A stretch of DNA of 63,980 nucleotides, the filler included, from Acidimicrobiia bacterium (GTDB taxonomy: Bacteria; Actinomycetota; Acidimicrobiia; Spongiisociales; SHLN01), in the NCBI GenBank assembly GCA_041619515.1. It is 5 parts of 5 records of this genome, joined end to end, with 100 filler letters (N's around TTAATTAATTAA, not from the genome) between each part and the next. Parts side by side here need not be neighbours in the genome. Positions count along the whole stretch, not along the records: positions 16,162 to 31,334 come from JBFKDW010000073.1; positions 31,435 to 46,023 come from JBFKDW010000074.1; 3 more parts are not named here. One strand, 5' to 3'. Shown here in pieces: positions 28,334 through 38,307 of the stretch; position 1 is the first letter of the stretch; the number at the start of each line of letters is the position of its first letter. A model generated the notes under the pieces. It searched no databases. It was not told where the DNA came from and was given only the letters and a program-made list of their open reading frames with translations. The translations under genes were made by a program, and so were the position numbers.

Positions 28334-28406
28334 ACAAACATATGTTCGACCTTGACAAATCGAACATGCGTTCGTATAGTTCGTCGCGTACCGAACGTGC
28401 GTTCGT
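28334..28406. promoter_or_regulatory. Three LexA SOS boxes and a SigA promoter in the lexA/LysM divergent region
   Basis: ACAAAC-atat-GTTCGA 28334-28349, TCGAAC-atgc-GTTCGT 28360-28375, CCGAAC-gtgc-GTTCGT 28391-28406; TTGACA(28352)-17-TATAGT(28375). Confidence 0.88.
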
Positions 28407-28427
28407 GTCACACCCACCGGATACCGT
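28406..28427 (+). promoter_or_regulatory. RecA-NDp/PafBC-type promoter upstream of the LysM gene
   Basis: TGTCAC-N10-TACCGT. Confidence 0.62.
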
Positions 28428-28477
28428 GTGGGGACGCCACTGAAAATGGCACTGGTCGAGCACGGAGGAGAAACACC

Positions 28478-28756
28478 ATGAACGTCCGATCCATCCGCCT
28501 CAGGGCGTTGGTCCTCCCTCTGGCACTGGCGTTGGTGTTTCTCCTCCTTCTCGCCCAGCAAGTCCAGGCCGGCCCTACGGCGCCACCGACCGAGCCCTAC
28601 CGGGTGGTGAGTGGAGATACCCTGTGGGACCTGGCGGGTGATCGCGCCGAGCCGGGGGAGGACGTACGCGCGGTCGTCCGGCTCATTCAACGCATCAATG
28701 ATCTCGACGGCGGTCTGATCACCCCCGGTCAGCTCATCTTGCTGCCTGCAGCCTGA
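28478..28756 (+). CDS. Membrane LysM protein, SOS cell-division inhibitor-like (YneA/ChiZ type)
   Basis: TM helix plus LysM VVSGDTLWDLA..N...ITPGQ; divergent from lexA; GGAGG RBS. Confidence 0.85.
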   Translation: MNVRSIRLRALVLPLALALVFLLLLAQQVQAGPTAPPTEPYRVVSGDTLWDLAGDRAEPGEDVRAVVRLIQRINDLDGGLITPGQLILLPAA

Positions 28757-28799
28757 TTCGGCGGGTTCGGCGCTCGTGAATTCGAGTACCCTCACCGGA

Positions 28800-29243
28800 A
28801 TGCGCTGCCCCTATTGCAGCACCGAAGACACGCGAGTCATCGACAGCAGGCCTGCCGGCGAAGGGCGGGAGGTTCGGAGACGCCGCGCCTGTCCGGACTG
28901 TGGCCGGAGATTCACCACCTACGAGCGGGCCCAGCTCCCCATTCTCGTGCGCAAACGAGACGGCAGCACCGATCCGTTCGCCCTCGACAAGGTCCGCAGC
29001 GGCATCGAACGGGCGCTGGGGGGCCGAGAGATCCCGGCCGGGGCTATCGAAGGGATCCTGGAACGGGTCGAAGCGGCCGCGCAGGCCGGCGCCCCCGAAA
29101 TCGCCTCCGAGGAGATCGGGCGCATCGTCCTCGATGGGCTGAAACAGGCCGACGAGGTCGCCTACCTGCGTTTTGCCAGCGTCTACAAGGATTTCCAGGG
29201 AGCCAGGGACTTCGAGAAGGAAATGGCCAGCCTCGAGGAGTGA
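28800..29243 (+). CDS. nrdR: Transcriptional repressor NrdR
   Basis: MRCPYC..RRRRACPDC..RFTTYE, ATP cone, VAYLRFASVY. Confidence 0.97.
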   Translation: MRCPYCSTEDTRVIDSRPAGEGREVRRRRACPDCGRRFTTYERAQLPILVRKRDGSTDPFALDKVRSGIERALGGREIPAGAIEGILERVEAAAQAGAPEIASEEIGRIVLDGLKQADEVAYLRFASVYKDFQGARDFEKEMASLEE

Positions 29244-29258
29244 CGGTCGGTGCGGCCC

Positions 29259-30410
29259 CTACCCGGTTGCCAGCGCCGTCAGCGAGCTGTCGAGCAGCTC
29301 GTCGAGCTGGTCGAATCTGGTCTCGACCGCGCCCGCAACCAACCCGAGCGGTTCACCCACGCTGTTGCGCAAGGCGCTGATCCGGTCGTCGATCTCCACC
29401 TTCAGCTCGGTGGCCGCGTCGATGTCGCCCAAACGGAGGGCGTCGAGGTAACTGGCCTGCCATGTCTCGAGACGGGTGACGAGTGCCAGCGCGCTCGTCC
29501 GGTGGGCTTCGAAGGACGGTCCGATTGGCAGCTGGCGCACTCGCTCGCGTGTCGCCGACAAGCTGGTGGCGAGCGCCACGCCGAGGTCGGTTCGTGCGAC
29601 GTCGTCGGCGACTATCGGCAGCGACGGCAGGATGAACGACTGGTCGAGGAGGCTGCGATAGGTGAGGGCATCTGTGAGGCGTTCTTCGATGTCGACCGCC
29701 AGCGCAGCGCTCACGAGGAGATCGCCCTGAGCCGGCTTGAGAGCGTCGAAGGCGTCGCCCGATGCCAGCGGCGGAGGCGTCGGGAACGGCCGGGACACCA
29801 GTGCTCCGAGAGCGGTGGCGCCGCTGTCGAATCCGATGAGCGAGTTCCGAGCGGTGGCAAGGTCGTCGGCACCGGAGCCTGGATCTGTAATGACGATGGC
29901 CGCTTCCCGGGCGGCGGGCACGGTGGCTCGCACCTGCAGAACGGCCGCACTCCAATCCTGGCGGAGTCCGTCCGCCTGCCCGGCCGGGATGCTGCGAAAG
30001 CTCATGATGAGGAGGATGATCCCGATGACGAGTGCGCCGAGCAGGACGGGCCACCACGCCCAGCGGTAACGGCCCACCGTGCTGTCGACGGGAGCTTCCG
30101 GACCCCAATCATCGATCGCCAGGTCCTGATCTACCGCCTCGGAGGCCTGCCAGAGCCGCTGCACCAGGCCCTCGGTCCCCATCTCGTCGGTCGACTGGCG
30201 CCGCGAGGGGAGCTCTGCGATGCGCGGGAAGTGGCCCGCCTCTTCGCCAACGGTCGGGCGTTCGAGCACCACGTCGGTCCGGACCTGGGTGATGGCATGC
30301 TCGTAGGGGCTCGAAAACCCGAGCATGTCGAGCACCGAAGACCGATAGTCTTCGGCGGTGCGATTGGTTGGTGGTGGGGTCACGCGGGGTTTGCCCTCGA
30401 TATTTGCCAT
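29259..30410 (-). CDS. Hypothetical single-TM helical protein
   Basis: 383-aa ORF with one TM segment (WWPVLLGALVIGIILL); divergent from dut. Confidence 0.7.
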   Translation of the reverse strand: MANIEGKPRVTPPPTNRTAEDYRSSVLDMLGFSSPYEHAITQVRTDVVLERPTVGEEAGHFPRIAELPSRRQSTDEMGTEGLVQRLWQASEAVDQDLAIDDWGPEAPVDSTVGRYRWAWWPVLLGALVIGIILLIMSFRSIPAGQADGLRQDWSAAVLQVRATVPAAREAAIVITDPGSGADDLATARNSLIGFDSGATALGALVSRPFPTPPPLASGDAFDALKPAQGDLLVSAALAVDIEERLTDALTYRSLLDQSFILPSLPIVADDVARTDLGVALATSLSATRERVRQLPIGPSFEAHRTSALALVTRLETWQASYLDALRLGDIDAATELKVEIDDRISALRNSVGEPLGLVAGAVETRFDQLDELLDSSLTALATG

Positions 30411-30434
30411 GGGCCCTGTCAGAATCCTCTCGGC

Positions 30435-30863
30435 ATGGACATCCCGCTCCTGAAGCTAGACGTCGATCTTCCGACCCCGTCCCATTCTCATCCAGGCGAC
30501 GGGGGCACGGACCTGTATTCTCGCATCGATACCTTATTGGAGCCAGGGAGCCGCCGCCAGGTTCCCACCGGGATCGCCGTCGCGGTCCCGGACGGGTACG
30601 CCGGGTTCGTCGTCCCTCGCAGCGGCCTTGCCGCCCGCCAGGGTATCGGGGTCGTGAACGCACCGGGCCTCGTCGATGCCGGGTATCGCGGAGAGATCAG
30701 CGTGGTGCTCGTCAATCATGGTGACGAGCCGGTCAACATCGCCCGCGGTGATCGTATCGCCCAGCTGGTTGTGGTCCCGGTAGCGACACAGGAGTTCGTC
30801 GAGGTTGCCGAGCTGCCACCGTCGTCGCGAGGCGATGGGGGGTTCGGGTCAACAGGCCGGTGA
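30435..30863 (+). CDS. dut: dUTPase
   Basis: PRSGLA, GLVDAGYRGEI, GDRIAQL, RGDGGFGSTG. Confidence 0.97.
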   Translation: MDIPLLKLDVDLPTPSHSHPGDGGTDLYSRIDTLLEPGSRRQVPTGIAVAVPDGYAGFVVPRSGLAARQGIGVVNAPGLVDAGYRGEISVVLVNHGDEPVNIARGDRIAQLVVVPVATQEFVEVAELPPSSRGDGGFGSTGR

Positions 30864-30885
30864 GTGATAAAGTGGAGGCGATTCC

Positions 30886-30961
30886 GCGGACGTAGCTCAG
30901 TTGGTAGAGCGTCACCTTGCCAAGGTGAAGGTCGCCGGTTCGAGCCCGGTCGTCCGCTCCA
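30886..30961 (+). tRNA. tRNA-Gly(GCC)
   Basis: GCGGACG acceptor stem, anticodon arm CACCT-TGCCAA-GGTG, TTCGA, CCA encoded. Confidence 0.97.
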
Positions 30962-30991
30962 GCGGCGACCCGTCGGGTCGCCGTTTCCACT

Positions 30992-31065
30992 GGTGCCGTG
31001 GCCGAGTGGCGAGGCGCAGGACTGCAAATCCTGTCACACCGGTTCGATTCCGGTCGGCACCTCCA
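30992..31065 (+). tRNA. tRNA-Cys(GCA)
   Basis: GGTGCCG/CGGCACC acceptor stem, CAGGA-CTGCAAA-TCCTG anticodon arm, CCA encoded. Confidence 0.96.
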
Positions 31066-31085
31066 TCGCTACACTGCGATGCTCC

Positions 31086-31157
31086 GGGCGCTTAGCTCAG
31101 CGGGAGAGCGCTTCCTTGACGTGGAAGAGGTCACAGGTTCAATCCCTGTAGCGCCCA
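31086..31157 (+). tRNA. tRNA-Val(GAC), CCA not encoded
   Basis: GGGCGCT/AGCGCCC acceptor stem, CTTCC-TTGACGT-GGAAG anticodon arm. Confidence 0.96.
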
Positions 31158-31161
31158 CTCC

Positions 31162-31188
31162 GGAAACCCCCTGGAAATAGGGGGTTTT
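31162..31188 (+). terminator. Intrinsic terminator after the tRNA cluster
   Basis: aaaccccc-loop-gggggtttt hairpin. Confidence 0.7.
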
Positions 31189-31223
31189 CGCGCGAAGGGG
31201 TGTGGTGAGCCCGCTGAATCGGC

Positions 31224-31334
31224 TCAATTGGCCCTTTCGATGAACTCGACGGCCATTGTCAATTCCTCGACCACGGTTCCGTCCGACTCCGTCACCTCAA
31301 CCTTGGAGGGCCAGGCGTTTTCGAAGTTCCATCG
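31224..31334 (-). CDS. C-terminal fragment of a T4 gp19-like/Afp1-5 phage tail tube protein
   Basis: Manual translation RWNFENAWPSKVEVTESDGTVVEELTMAVEFIERAN*; truncated by the gap. Confidence 0.72.
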   Translation of the reverse strand, partial: RWNFENAWPSKVEVTESDGTVVEELTMAVEFIERAN

Positions 31335-31434
31335 NNNNNNNNNNNNNNNNNNNNNNNNNNNNNNNNNNNNNNNNNNNNTTAATTAATTAANNNNNNNNNN
31401 NNNNNNNNNNNNNNNNNNNNNNNNNNNNNNNNNN
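31335..31434. other. Artificial contig linker
   Basis: N44-TTAATTAATTAA-N44. Confidence 0.99.
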
Positions 31435-31451
31435 CACGTGGTGCATATCCA

Positions 31452-32078
31452 ATGAGCTCAACCCGGCCGAAACCGTCCTCTTCTCTCGCCACCGTCACTG
31501 AGGCGGTCGTCGGCGGCGTTGCTCTCGGTCTCTTCGCCGCTTTGGCGGACAAGTCGATAGTGACGACATCACTCGGGCAGATGGTGTCCCCGTGGGCCGC
31601 CCTCGCTGCTATCGTCGGAGGCCGCTCCCGCCGTGGCCGGGCGGAGGCTGCCATCGGCGGTGCCGTTTCGCTGACGGCCGCCAACGCCACGTACTACGTG
31701 TTCGGACTGCTTGCCGCCAACATACAGACGCCCCGGTACTGGGCCCTGTGGACGGTCATCGGCGTGCTGGTCGGCCCCCTGGCCGCGCTCACGGGATGGC
31801 ACTCCCGATTTGGACCGAGGCGCCTTCGTGTGCTCGGCGCAGCCTTGCTAGCGGCGGTGGCATTGGCCGAGGGAGTTGTTTTGTGGGGTCACATCGACCA
31901 CCCGGAGGCCCATATCACCTACGTGGCCGTCGGCCTCATCGGTCTTCTGCTGCCCTCGGCCTTGCTGCGTGACGAGGGAGCTCGCCTGAGGGCGGCCGCA
32001 ACCGGACTCTCGGTGGTGCTGGCCGTTCCGCTCGGATTCTTCTTCGAAGCTGCATTCAGCGCCATCGGCATCGTCTGA
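31452..32078 (+). CDS. Integral membrane protein (DUF6518-like)
   Basis: About 7 hydrophobic segments; PWA..A and YY motifs. Confidence 0.65.
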   Translation: MSSTRPKPSSSLATVTEAVVGGVALGLFAALADKSIVTTSLGQMVSPWAALAAIVGGRSRRGRAEAAIGGAVSLTAANATYYVFGLLAANIQTPRYWALWTVIGVLVGPLAALTGWHSRFGPRRLRVLGAALLAAVALAEGVVLWGHIDHPEAHITYVAVGLIGLLLPSALLRDEGARLRAAATGLSVVLAVPLGFFFEAAFSAIGIV

Positions 32079-32105
32079 TAGCAGCCCCGGGCATCGAGCG
32101 CACGG

Positions 32106-33770
32106 CTAGCGGGATTCCTCGAGGAACTCGCGCAGGAGATCGAGACCAACGGATCCCGCCGCCAGCACGTCACCGTGAAACGCCTTGAGGTTGAAATCGT
32201 CACCGAGCTCTCGCTTGCGACCGGCGCGCAAGTCGAGAATCACACGCTCGCCGATCTTGTAGGAAGCGGCTTGGCCGGGCCAGCCGAGATAGCGAGTGAC
32301 CTCCCCGCGCGCGTAATCGGGAAGCTGCCCGGCGTAGTCCATCAGCATCTCGACCGCCGTGTCATAGGTCCAAGCCTCCCCCGGATGGAACGGCTGGGAG
32401 TCGGGAATCGCCAGGCCGAGGTGCATGCCGATGTCGACGGCCACCCGGCAGGCGCGCAGCATCTCGGATGCCAGCATTCCGAACACATACTCGGGTTTCT
32501 CGAAATAGCCGAGCTCGCGCATGAGAGTCTCCGAGTACAACGCCCACCCCTCACCGCTGCCGCTGTACCACATCCACAGGCGCTGCAGCCGGCTGATTCG
32601 ATCCGCCAGGCTCATTTGCACGCCTGTCTGGAGGTGGTGACCGGGGAAGCCTTCGTGATAGGCGGTGCTCACGTTGTCCCAGACCGGAATGGTGAGGTTG
32701 TCCCCCACAGAAAACCAGACACTGCCCGGGCGAGTGAAGTCCTCGCTCGGGCTGATGTAGTAGGCGCCGATGAAGGCACCCGGGGGGGCCAGTTTGGTTT
32801 CGACCCGCCTGACCGGCTCCGGCACGTCGAAATGGGTCCCGTCCAGCTCGGCCAGCGCCACATCCTGGCGCTGCTGCATCAGGCGGAGGAAATCCGGCCG
32901 GGACGCTCGGCGGGCCGGGTCGGTATTGAGCATTTCGATCACACCCCGACGGCCGAGACCGGGACCGATCTCCTCGGCCAGTGCATCCATGCTGGAACCG
33001 ATCCGCTCGATCTCGGACCAGCCCCACTGGTAGGTCTCTTCCAGGTCGATTTCCGTTCCGAGGAAGTAGCGGGAGGCGGCCTTGTAGCGCTCACCACCAA
33101 CACCGTCTTGATCGGCGGCCCCGGGGACATACGCCTCAGCCAGCCAGTCGCCGAATTCCCCGAAAGCGATGGCGGCGGCCTCGGCGGCGGCCTCGGCGGC
33201 CGCCAGCTCTGCGCTGTCGGCACCGGCCTCGGCCATCGTCGGGACGAGGGATCGCAGCGATGATTCCGGGCCGGAATTGATCTGGCACTGTTCGATGGCT
33301 CCCACTACCTGGCGGCGGGCGGCATAGAGGGAGCGGTCGATTCCCAACTGGAGGGTCGAGCGTATGCCGGCCAGCGCGTCGGAGACACCGCCGAGGCGAG
33401 CGATGACGGCTGCCCTGCCCGGCCCCGAACCCGTGTCCATGACGTCGAACACCTCTCGCACCTCGTACAGGGGACAGGCAAGGGTCCGTAGTTCGCGGTA
33501 TGCGTCCTCGTGGGTGAGGTGGGCGAGCTGGGTATCGGCGAACATCCGGGCGGCCCTGGCCGCCCGGTTCGCCCATGGATCGGGGTCCTCGGGCAGAGCG
33601 TCGACCCGCCGCCGGAGATCTCTCAAGTATGCGACCCCGGCGTCCAAGCCGTCCGGGCTGTAATCGCTCCACCGGTCGTCGTGGCCGGCGATGCCGACGT
33701 AGGTGGCCGATACCGGATAGAGGGCAGCGAGCTGGTCGGCGGCTTCGTCGCTCAGCTCCCAGATATCCAT
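32106..33770 (-). CDS. DUF885 family putative metallopeptidase
   Basis: YHEGFPGHHLQ, EGWALYSE, WPGQAASYKIG; TAACAT-N7-ATG start. Confidence 0.92.
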   Translation of the reverse strand: MDIWELSDEAADQLAALYPVSATYVGIAGHDDRWSDYSPDGLDAGVAYLRDLRRRVDALPEDPDPWANRAARAARMFADTQLAHLTHEDAYRELRTLACPLYEVREVFDVMDTGSGPGRAAVIARLGGVSDALAGIRSTLQLGIDRSLYAARRQVVGAIEQCQINSGPESSLRSLVPTMAEAGADSAELAAAEAAAEAAAIAFGEFGDWLAEAYVPGAADQDGVGGERYKAASRYFLGTEIDLEETYQWGWSEIERIGSSMDALAEEIGPGLGRRGVIEMLNTDPARRASRPDFLRLMQQRQDVALAELDGTHFDVPEPVRRVETKLAPPGAFIGAYYISPSEDFTRPGSVWFSVGDNLTIPVWDNVSTAYHEGFPGHHLQTGVQMSLADRISRLQRLWMWYSGSGEGWALYSETLMRELGYFEKPEYVFGMLASEMLRACRVAVDIGMHLGLAIPDSQPFHPGEAWTYDTAVEMLMDYAGQLPDYARGEVTRYLGWPGQAASYKIGERVILDLRAGRKRELGDDFNLKAFHGDVLAAGSVGLDLLREFLEESR

Positions 33771-33828
33771 CCGGACGATGTTAGGAGGGGGACTGAGGCG
33801 AGGCGCCTTCCCCTGCGGCCAACTACAG

Positions 33829-35082
33829 CTAGCCGCGTGCTTCGGCCGCCCGGGCGTGTCCTTCGAGGCCCTCTTGGCGTGCCAGCCAGGCGGTGTCGCG
33901 CCGCAGCTCATCGGTTGGATTCACCTTCAGCCAGGTGCGAACCCGGAGGAACGTGAACACCGACAGCCCGCCGGTGAAGCGAGCGGTGCCGCCCGTGGGC
34001 AGGACGTGGTTGGGCCCGGCCCCGTAGTCACCGAACACCTCGGCCGACCCCTCCCCGACGAACACGGCTCCGTAGTTCACCAGCCGCTCCCGCACCCCCA
34101 CCGGGTCGGCCACCGACAGCTGGAGGTGCTCGGGGGCGATCTGGTCACAGATCGAGACCGCCTCATCGAGGGTTTCTGCCAGCACTGCACCGCCTCCGCG
34201 CAGTGCCGGGACGGCGACGGCGGCGGTGGGCAGGTCGGCGAGCCGAGCCGCCAGCTCCTTCCGCACCCGGCCGACGAGGGCCGGATCCGTGGTGACGAGC
34301 ACCGGGAACGCCTCAGGATCGTGCTCGGCCTGGGCGATGAGATCGGCGGCGACAATATCGGCGTCGGCTGTTGCATCGGCCAGGACCGCCAGCTCGGAGG
34401 GCCCTGCCAGCATGTCGATGCCAACCGTGCCGAACACCAGCTGCTTGGCGGCGGTCACGTAGCGGTTGCCGGGCCCGACGATCGTGTCGACGGCAGGGAG
34501 CGGCCCCGCCCCGAAGGCAAGGGCGGCAATGGCATGTGCACCGCCGGCCGCCAGCAGCCCGTCGGCGCCGGCCACGGCTGCCGCCGCCAGGGTGATGGGC
34601 GCCGGGCGGGGCGACGCAATCCATACCTCCCCAACCCCCGCCGCCCGGGCCGTGACGGCAGTCATCAGCACCGAGGACGGCAGCGGATACCTCCCGCCGG
34701 GCGCGTAGCACCCGGCGCGGGCCACCGCCGTAACGGTATGACCGGCCGTTCCTCCCGGCACGGAAAAGCCCGTCAGCGACGAGAGCGTTTCTCGCTGGGC
34801 GGTGGCGAACTTTCCGATGCGTCCGGCGATCCGCTCCAGCGCCTCGCGGTGGTCGTCCGGGAGCGAGCGCAGCGCCTCCTCCAGATCAGCGCGGGTGAGA
34901 AACAGCGGCGTCCCCATCGGCCGTTCGTCAAACTGAGCCGTGAGCTTCTCGAGGGCGGCGACGCCGCCCTCCTGCACCTCGGTGATGAGGTCCGCGGCAA
35001 CGGACAGGGCATCCTGGCCGATTGCGCGGTTGGGCCGGCTGATGATCTCCTCGACCGTGCGAGTGGGCAGAAAGCCGCTCAT
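33829..35082 (-). CDS. hisD: Histidinol dehydrogenase
   Basis: [36 protein letters not shown]. Confidence 0.96.
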   Translation of the reverse strand: MSGFLPTRTVEEIISRPNRAIGQDALSVAADLITEVQEGGVAALEKLTAQFDERPMGTPLFLTRADLEEALRSLPDDHREALERIAGRIGKFATAQRETLSSLTGFSVPGGTAGHTVTAVARAGCYAPGGRYPLPSSVLMTAVTARAAGVGEVWIASPRPAPITLAAAAVAGADGLLAAGGAHAIAALAFGAGPLPAVDTIVGPGNRYVTAAKQLVFGTVGIDMLAGPSELAVLADATADADIVAADLIAQAEHDPEAFPVLVTTDPALVGRVRKELAARLADLPTAAVAVPALRGGGAVLAETLDEAVSICDQIAPEHLQLSVADPVGVRERLVNYGAVFVGEGSAEVFGDYGAGPNHVLPTGGTARFTGGLSVFTFLRVRTWLKVNPTDELRRDTAWLARQEGLEGHARAAEARG

Positions 35083-36338
35083 GTCTTGGCCCTCATCGGC
35101 CGCCGGTAAACCCGGCCGTGCCGGCGCCCAAGCTCGGCGTTGACGTCCCGGAGAGAGCCGCCGGCCCGGCGCAACGCCACGAGGGCGAAATAGAGCAGGT
35201 CGGCGGTTTCGTGAATCGCCCCGGTGGTGTCGCCGGCGGCGGCCAGCTCTCCCGCCTCTTCGATCAACTTGGCAGCCAGCAACCCGGGGTCGTCGAGCAG
35301 TCGGTTGGTCCCCGAGCCGGGCTCAGGCGATTCGACTCTCTCTGCGACGGTGCGCTCGAGCGACATGAGGGAGAATTGCTCGTCCCAACAGGAGTGGGAT
35401 CCCGTGTGGCAAAAGCCGGTCCCGTGCTGGTGAACGGTGAAGCGCAGGGCGTCACCGTCGCAGTCGAGGTCCACCGCCAGCAGATCCTGATAGGCACCGG
35501 ACGTGTCGCCTTTCATCCACAGCTCGTTGCGAGAACGGGACCAGTACACGCCGCGACGCTGGGATACCGCCATCTCGAGCGATTCCCGCGTGCTCCATGC
35601 CAGGCCGAGCGAAACGCCGGCCTGGTCGACCACCACCGTTGGCCAGAAATCATCGTCGACGGGCCGGCTGAGCGGGGCGCCGATCGCCTGGCCGAGCGTC
35701 ATGTGGCCCGAGTACAGCGCCATGCCCACCTGGGCATCGGCACCCCGGGCGTGGAGGGCGGCTACCTCGGCAGGCTCGGTGATCCCGCCGGCTGCGGTCA
35801 CGCGGGCATCGCCCGCCGCCAGCACCGCCTGCTCTACGAGCGTGAGGTCGAAACCGGCCATGGCCCCCTCGTGCTCGACCTGTGTGAACAAGAATCCGCC
35901 CACCACCGGAGCCAGCTCGCTGATGCGCTCCAGCACGTCCACGCCGGTGGGAGTCTCCCAGCCGTCGACCACCACCTCACCGCGTTCGGCATCGACCGCC
36001 GCGATGACCCGGTCCCGGGGAAGCTGTGAGCAGAACCGGACGGAAGCAGCCGTGCCGATGATCACCCTGGAGGCGCCCGCGTCGAGCCAGTCCACCGCTG
36101 CTTCGAGGGTGCGGATCCCTCCGCCAACCCGGCAGCGAGCTTGCCGCACCATTTCTCGGATGAGCGCGCGGTTGTCGCCCGAGCCGCGAGCTGCATCCAG
36201 GTCTATCACCGCCACCTCGCCGGCCACCGAGAATTCGGCAAGGCGGTCGAACGGATCTCCGCCCTCGAGGACGAGCTCTCTTCCTCGCCGCAGTTGCACG
36301 GCGCGGCCTTCGGCGATGTCGATGCTGGGGATGATCAT
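35079..36338 (-). CDS. hisA-hisIE: HisA-HisI-HisE fusion (ProFAR isomerase / PR-AMP cyclohydrolase / PR-ATP pyrophosphatase)
   Basis: IIPSIDI..GRAVQL, VGGGIR (HisA); YWSRSR.LWMKG..SG, DCDGD, CHTG..SC (HisI); [17 protein letters not shown] (HisE). Confidence 0.92.
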   Translation of the reverse strand: MIIPSIDIAEGRAVQLRRGRELVLEGGDPFDRLAEFSVAGEVAVIDLDAARGSGDNRALIREMVRQARCRVGGGIRTLEAAVDWLDAGASRVIIGTAASVRFCSQLPRDRVIAAVDAERGEVVVDGWETPTGVDVLERISELAPVVGGFLFTQVEHEGAMAGFDLTLVEQAVLAAGDARVTAAGGITEPAEVAALHARGADAQVGMALYSGHMTLGQAIGAPLSRPVDDDFWPTVVVDQAGVSLGLAWSTRESLEMAVSQRRGVYWSRSRNELWMKGDTSGAYQDLLAVDLDCDGDALRFTVHQHGTGFCHTGSHSCWDEQFSLMSLERTVAERVESPEPGSGTNRLLDDPGLLAAKLIEEAGELAAAGDTTGAIHETADLLYFALVALRRAGGSLRDVNAELGRRHGRVYRRPMRAKT

Positions 36339-37705
36339 CGCCGCACCGCCATTCCCAGGGCGGCCAGCTCCACCTTGGCTCCGGCCACGGTGTGGAGATC
36401 ATCGTGAAACAACGTCGCAGCCAGGACTGCGTCCGCCCCGGCATCGATTGCGTCGGCCATGTCTGCCACGGTGCCGACGCCGCCCGAGGCGATCACCGGC
36501 ACGGCCACTGCTTCACTTATGACCCTGAGCAGCGCCAGGTCATACCCGTCGCCGGTGCCGTCCCGATCCCAGCTGGTGAGCAGGATCTCCCCGGCACCCC
36601 GTTCGGCGCCCTCCCGTGCCCAGGCGGCAGCGGAGAGCCCGGTCGGCTCGCTTCCGCCGACTACGACGACCTCCCAGTCCGAACCGCGCCGGCGGGCATC
36701 GATGGCAAGCACAATGCATTGGGTCCCAAACTGCTCGGCCAGTTCGGTGATGAGCTCAGGCCGGCGGACCGCCGCCGTGTTGACGCTGACGCGGTCGGCA
36801 CCGGCTTCCAGCAGCCGTTTGGCATCGGCGATGCTCCGCACCCCACCGCCGACCGTGAGGGGGATCTGGAGGCGCTCTCGAATGCGGCGGACGGTATCGA
36901 CCCGGGTTTTCGCCTCTTCGGGCGAAGCGGCAATGTCGAGCATCACGATCTCGTCTGCGCCCTGATCCTGGTAGAGGGCGGCCCGCTCTGCCGGGTCGCC
37001 GGAATCACGCAGCTGCTGGAACCGCACACCCTTCACCACCCGCCCACCTCGCACATCGAGGCAAGGAATGACACGGTGCGAGTGGCGGCCACCGGCGGGC
37101 TGGTCGGCAGGAGCGGCTTCGTCCGCCAGCCAGCGCCGCAGCAGGTCCATTCCGTAGCGGCCGGAGAGCTCGGGGTGGAATTGGGTGGCCAGCAGCCGCC
37201 CCTGCTCCAGGGCCGACACAAACGACGTGCCGTGGGTGGTCCACGCCCCCTCCCATCCCGCCGGCAGGTCGGGGAGGCAGTAGCTGTTGGCGAAGGCAGC
37301 GTCGCCGCTGGCGAGAAGTCGACCACGGCCGGCCTCGACGCGATTCCATCCGAGGTGGGGAACCCGTACCGTGCTGGGCAGGGCCTCCAGCCGGCCGGGA
37401 ATGACGCCCAGACCGTCCACTCCGGGTGCCTCGGCACTGCCGGACGTCAGCATCTGCATGCCGAGACACACCGCCAGCAGCGGCCGACCGGTGGCCGTTC
37501 GGCCAAGAACGGCCGTATCGAGGCCGGTGCTGCGCAATGCCGCCATGCCTGCTCCAAAGGCGCCAACACCGGGAACGACGCCGAATGGGGCCTCTGCCAA
37601 GATCTCAGGATCGGAGGTGACCACGGTCTCGGCGCCCAGTGCCTGAAAGGCGCTTCGAATGGAAGCCAGGTTGGCTACGCCGGAATCGGCGATCGCCACC
37701 GTCAT
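36335..37705 (-). CDS. hisHF: HisH-HisF fusion (IGP synthase)
   Basis: PGVGAF, VCLGMQ, QFHPE (HisH) in frame with [21 protein letters not shown] (HisF). Confidence 0.94.
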   Translation of the reverse strand: MTVAIADSGVANLASIRSAFQALGAETVVTSDPEILAEAPFGVVPGVGAFGAGMAALRSTGLDTAVLGRTATGRPLLAVCLGMQMLTSGSAEAPGVDGLGVIPGRLEALPSTVRVPHLGWNRVEAGRGRLLASGDAAFANSYCLPDLPAGWEGAWTTHGTSFVSALEQGRLLATQFHPELSGRYGMDLLRRWLADEAAPADQPAGGRHSHRVIPCLDVRGGRVVKGVRFQQLRDSGDPAERAALYQDQGADEIVMLDIAASPEEAKTRVDTVRRIRERLQIPLTVGGGVRSIADAKRLLEAGADRVSVNTAAVRRPELITELAEQFGTQCIVLAIDARRRGSDWEVVVVGGSEPTGLSAAAWAREGAERGAGEILLTSWDRDGTGDGYDLALLRVISEAVAVPVIASGGVGTVADMADAIDAGADAVLAATLFHDDLHTVAGAKVELAALGMAVRR

Positions 37706-38307
37706 CGGCTGCCTCCGTCGATACGGCCTTTGGTCGAGGGGATGCCCTGCTCCCCACTGCGGGCAACTGCCTGGCGGAGGGCGAGCGCCAGTGCCTTGAA
37801 GGCGGCCTCTGCCCGGTGATGATCGTTCTCCCCCTTCAGGACATCGACGTGAATCGTGATTCCGGCGGTGCGGGCGAGCGACTCGATGAAATGCGGGAGG
37901 TTCTCGGTGGAGAGTGCTCCGATCGATTCTCGCTGGAGGTTGAGGCTCACCCAGGCGCCCCCCCGGCCGGAGATGTCGACGACCGCCCGGGCGAGCGCCT
38001 CATCGAGGGGAGCGTAGGCGCTTCCAAACCGGGTGATGCCGCGCCGCTCGCCCAGCGCATCGTCGATTGCGGCTCCGAGCGCGAGGCCGCAGTCCTCGAC
38101 GGTGTGATGATCGTCGATCTCAATGTCACCTCGACAACGCAGCGACAGGTCGAACCGGGCATGCTTGGTGAGGCCGGCGAGCAGATGGTCGAGGAATCCG
38201 ACGCCGGTGTCGACGTCGGCAACCCCGGTGCCGTCGAGGGTGAGGTCCAGCTCGATGGCGGTTTCCGATGTCTCTCGCTTGACCTGGGCGTTGCGCATGT
38301 CGGTCAC
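37702..38307 (-). CDS. hisB: Imidazoleglycerol-phosphate dehydratase (monofunctional)
   Basis: [25 protein letters not shown]. Confidence 0.97.
   Translation of the reverse strand: MTDMRNAQVKRETSETAIELDLTLDGTGVADVDTGVGFLDHLLAGLTKHARFDLSLRCRGDIEIDDHHTVEDCGLALGAAIDDALGERRGITRFGSAYAPLDEALARAVVDISGRGGAWVSLNLQRESIGALSTENLPHFIESLARTAGITIHVDVLKGENDHHRAEAAFKALALALRQAVARSGEQGIPSTKGRIDGGSR

Noticed and set aside
29250..30863. 537-aa ORF suggesting a dUTPase fusion
   Set aside because: The N-terminal part is antisense to the 29259-30410 gene; dut starts at ATG 30435
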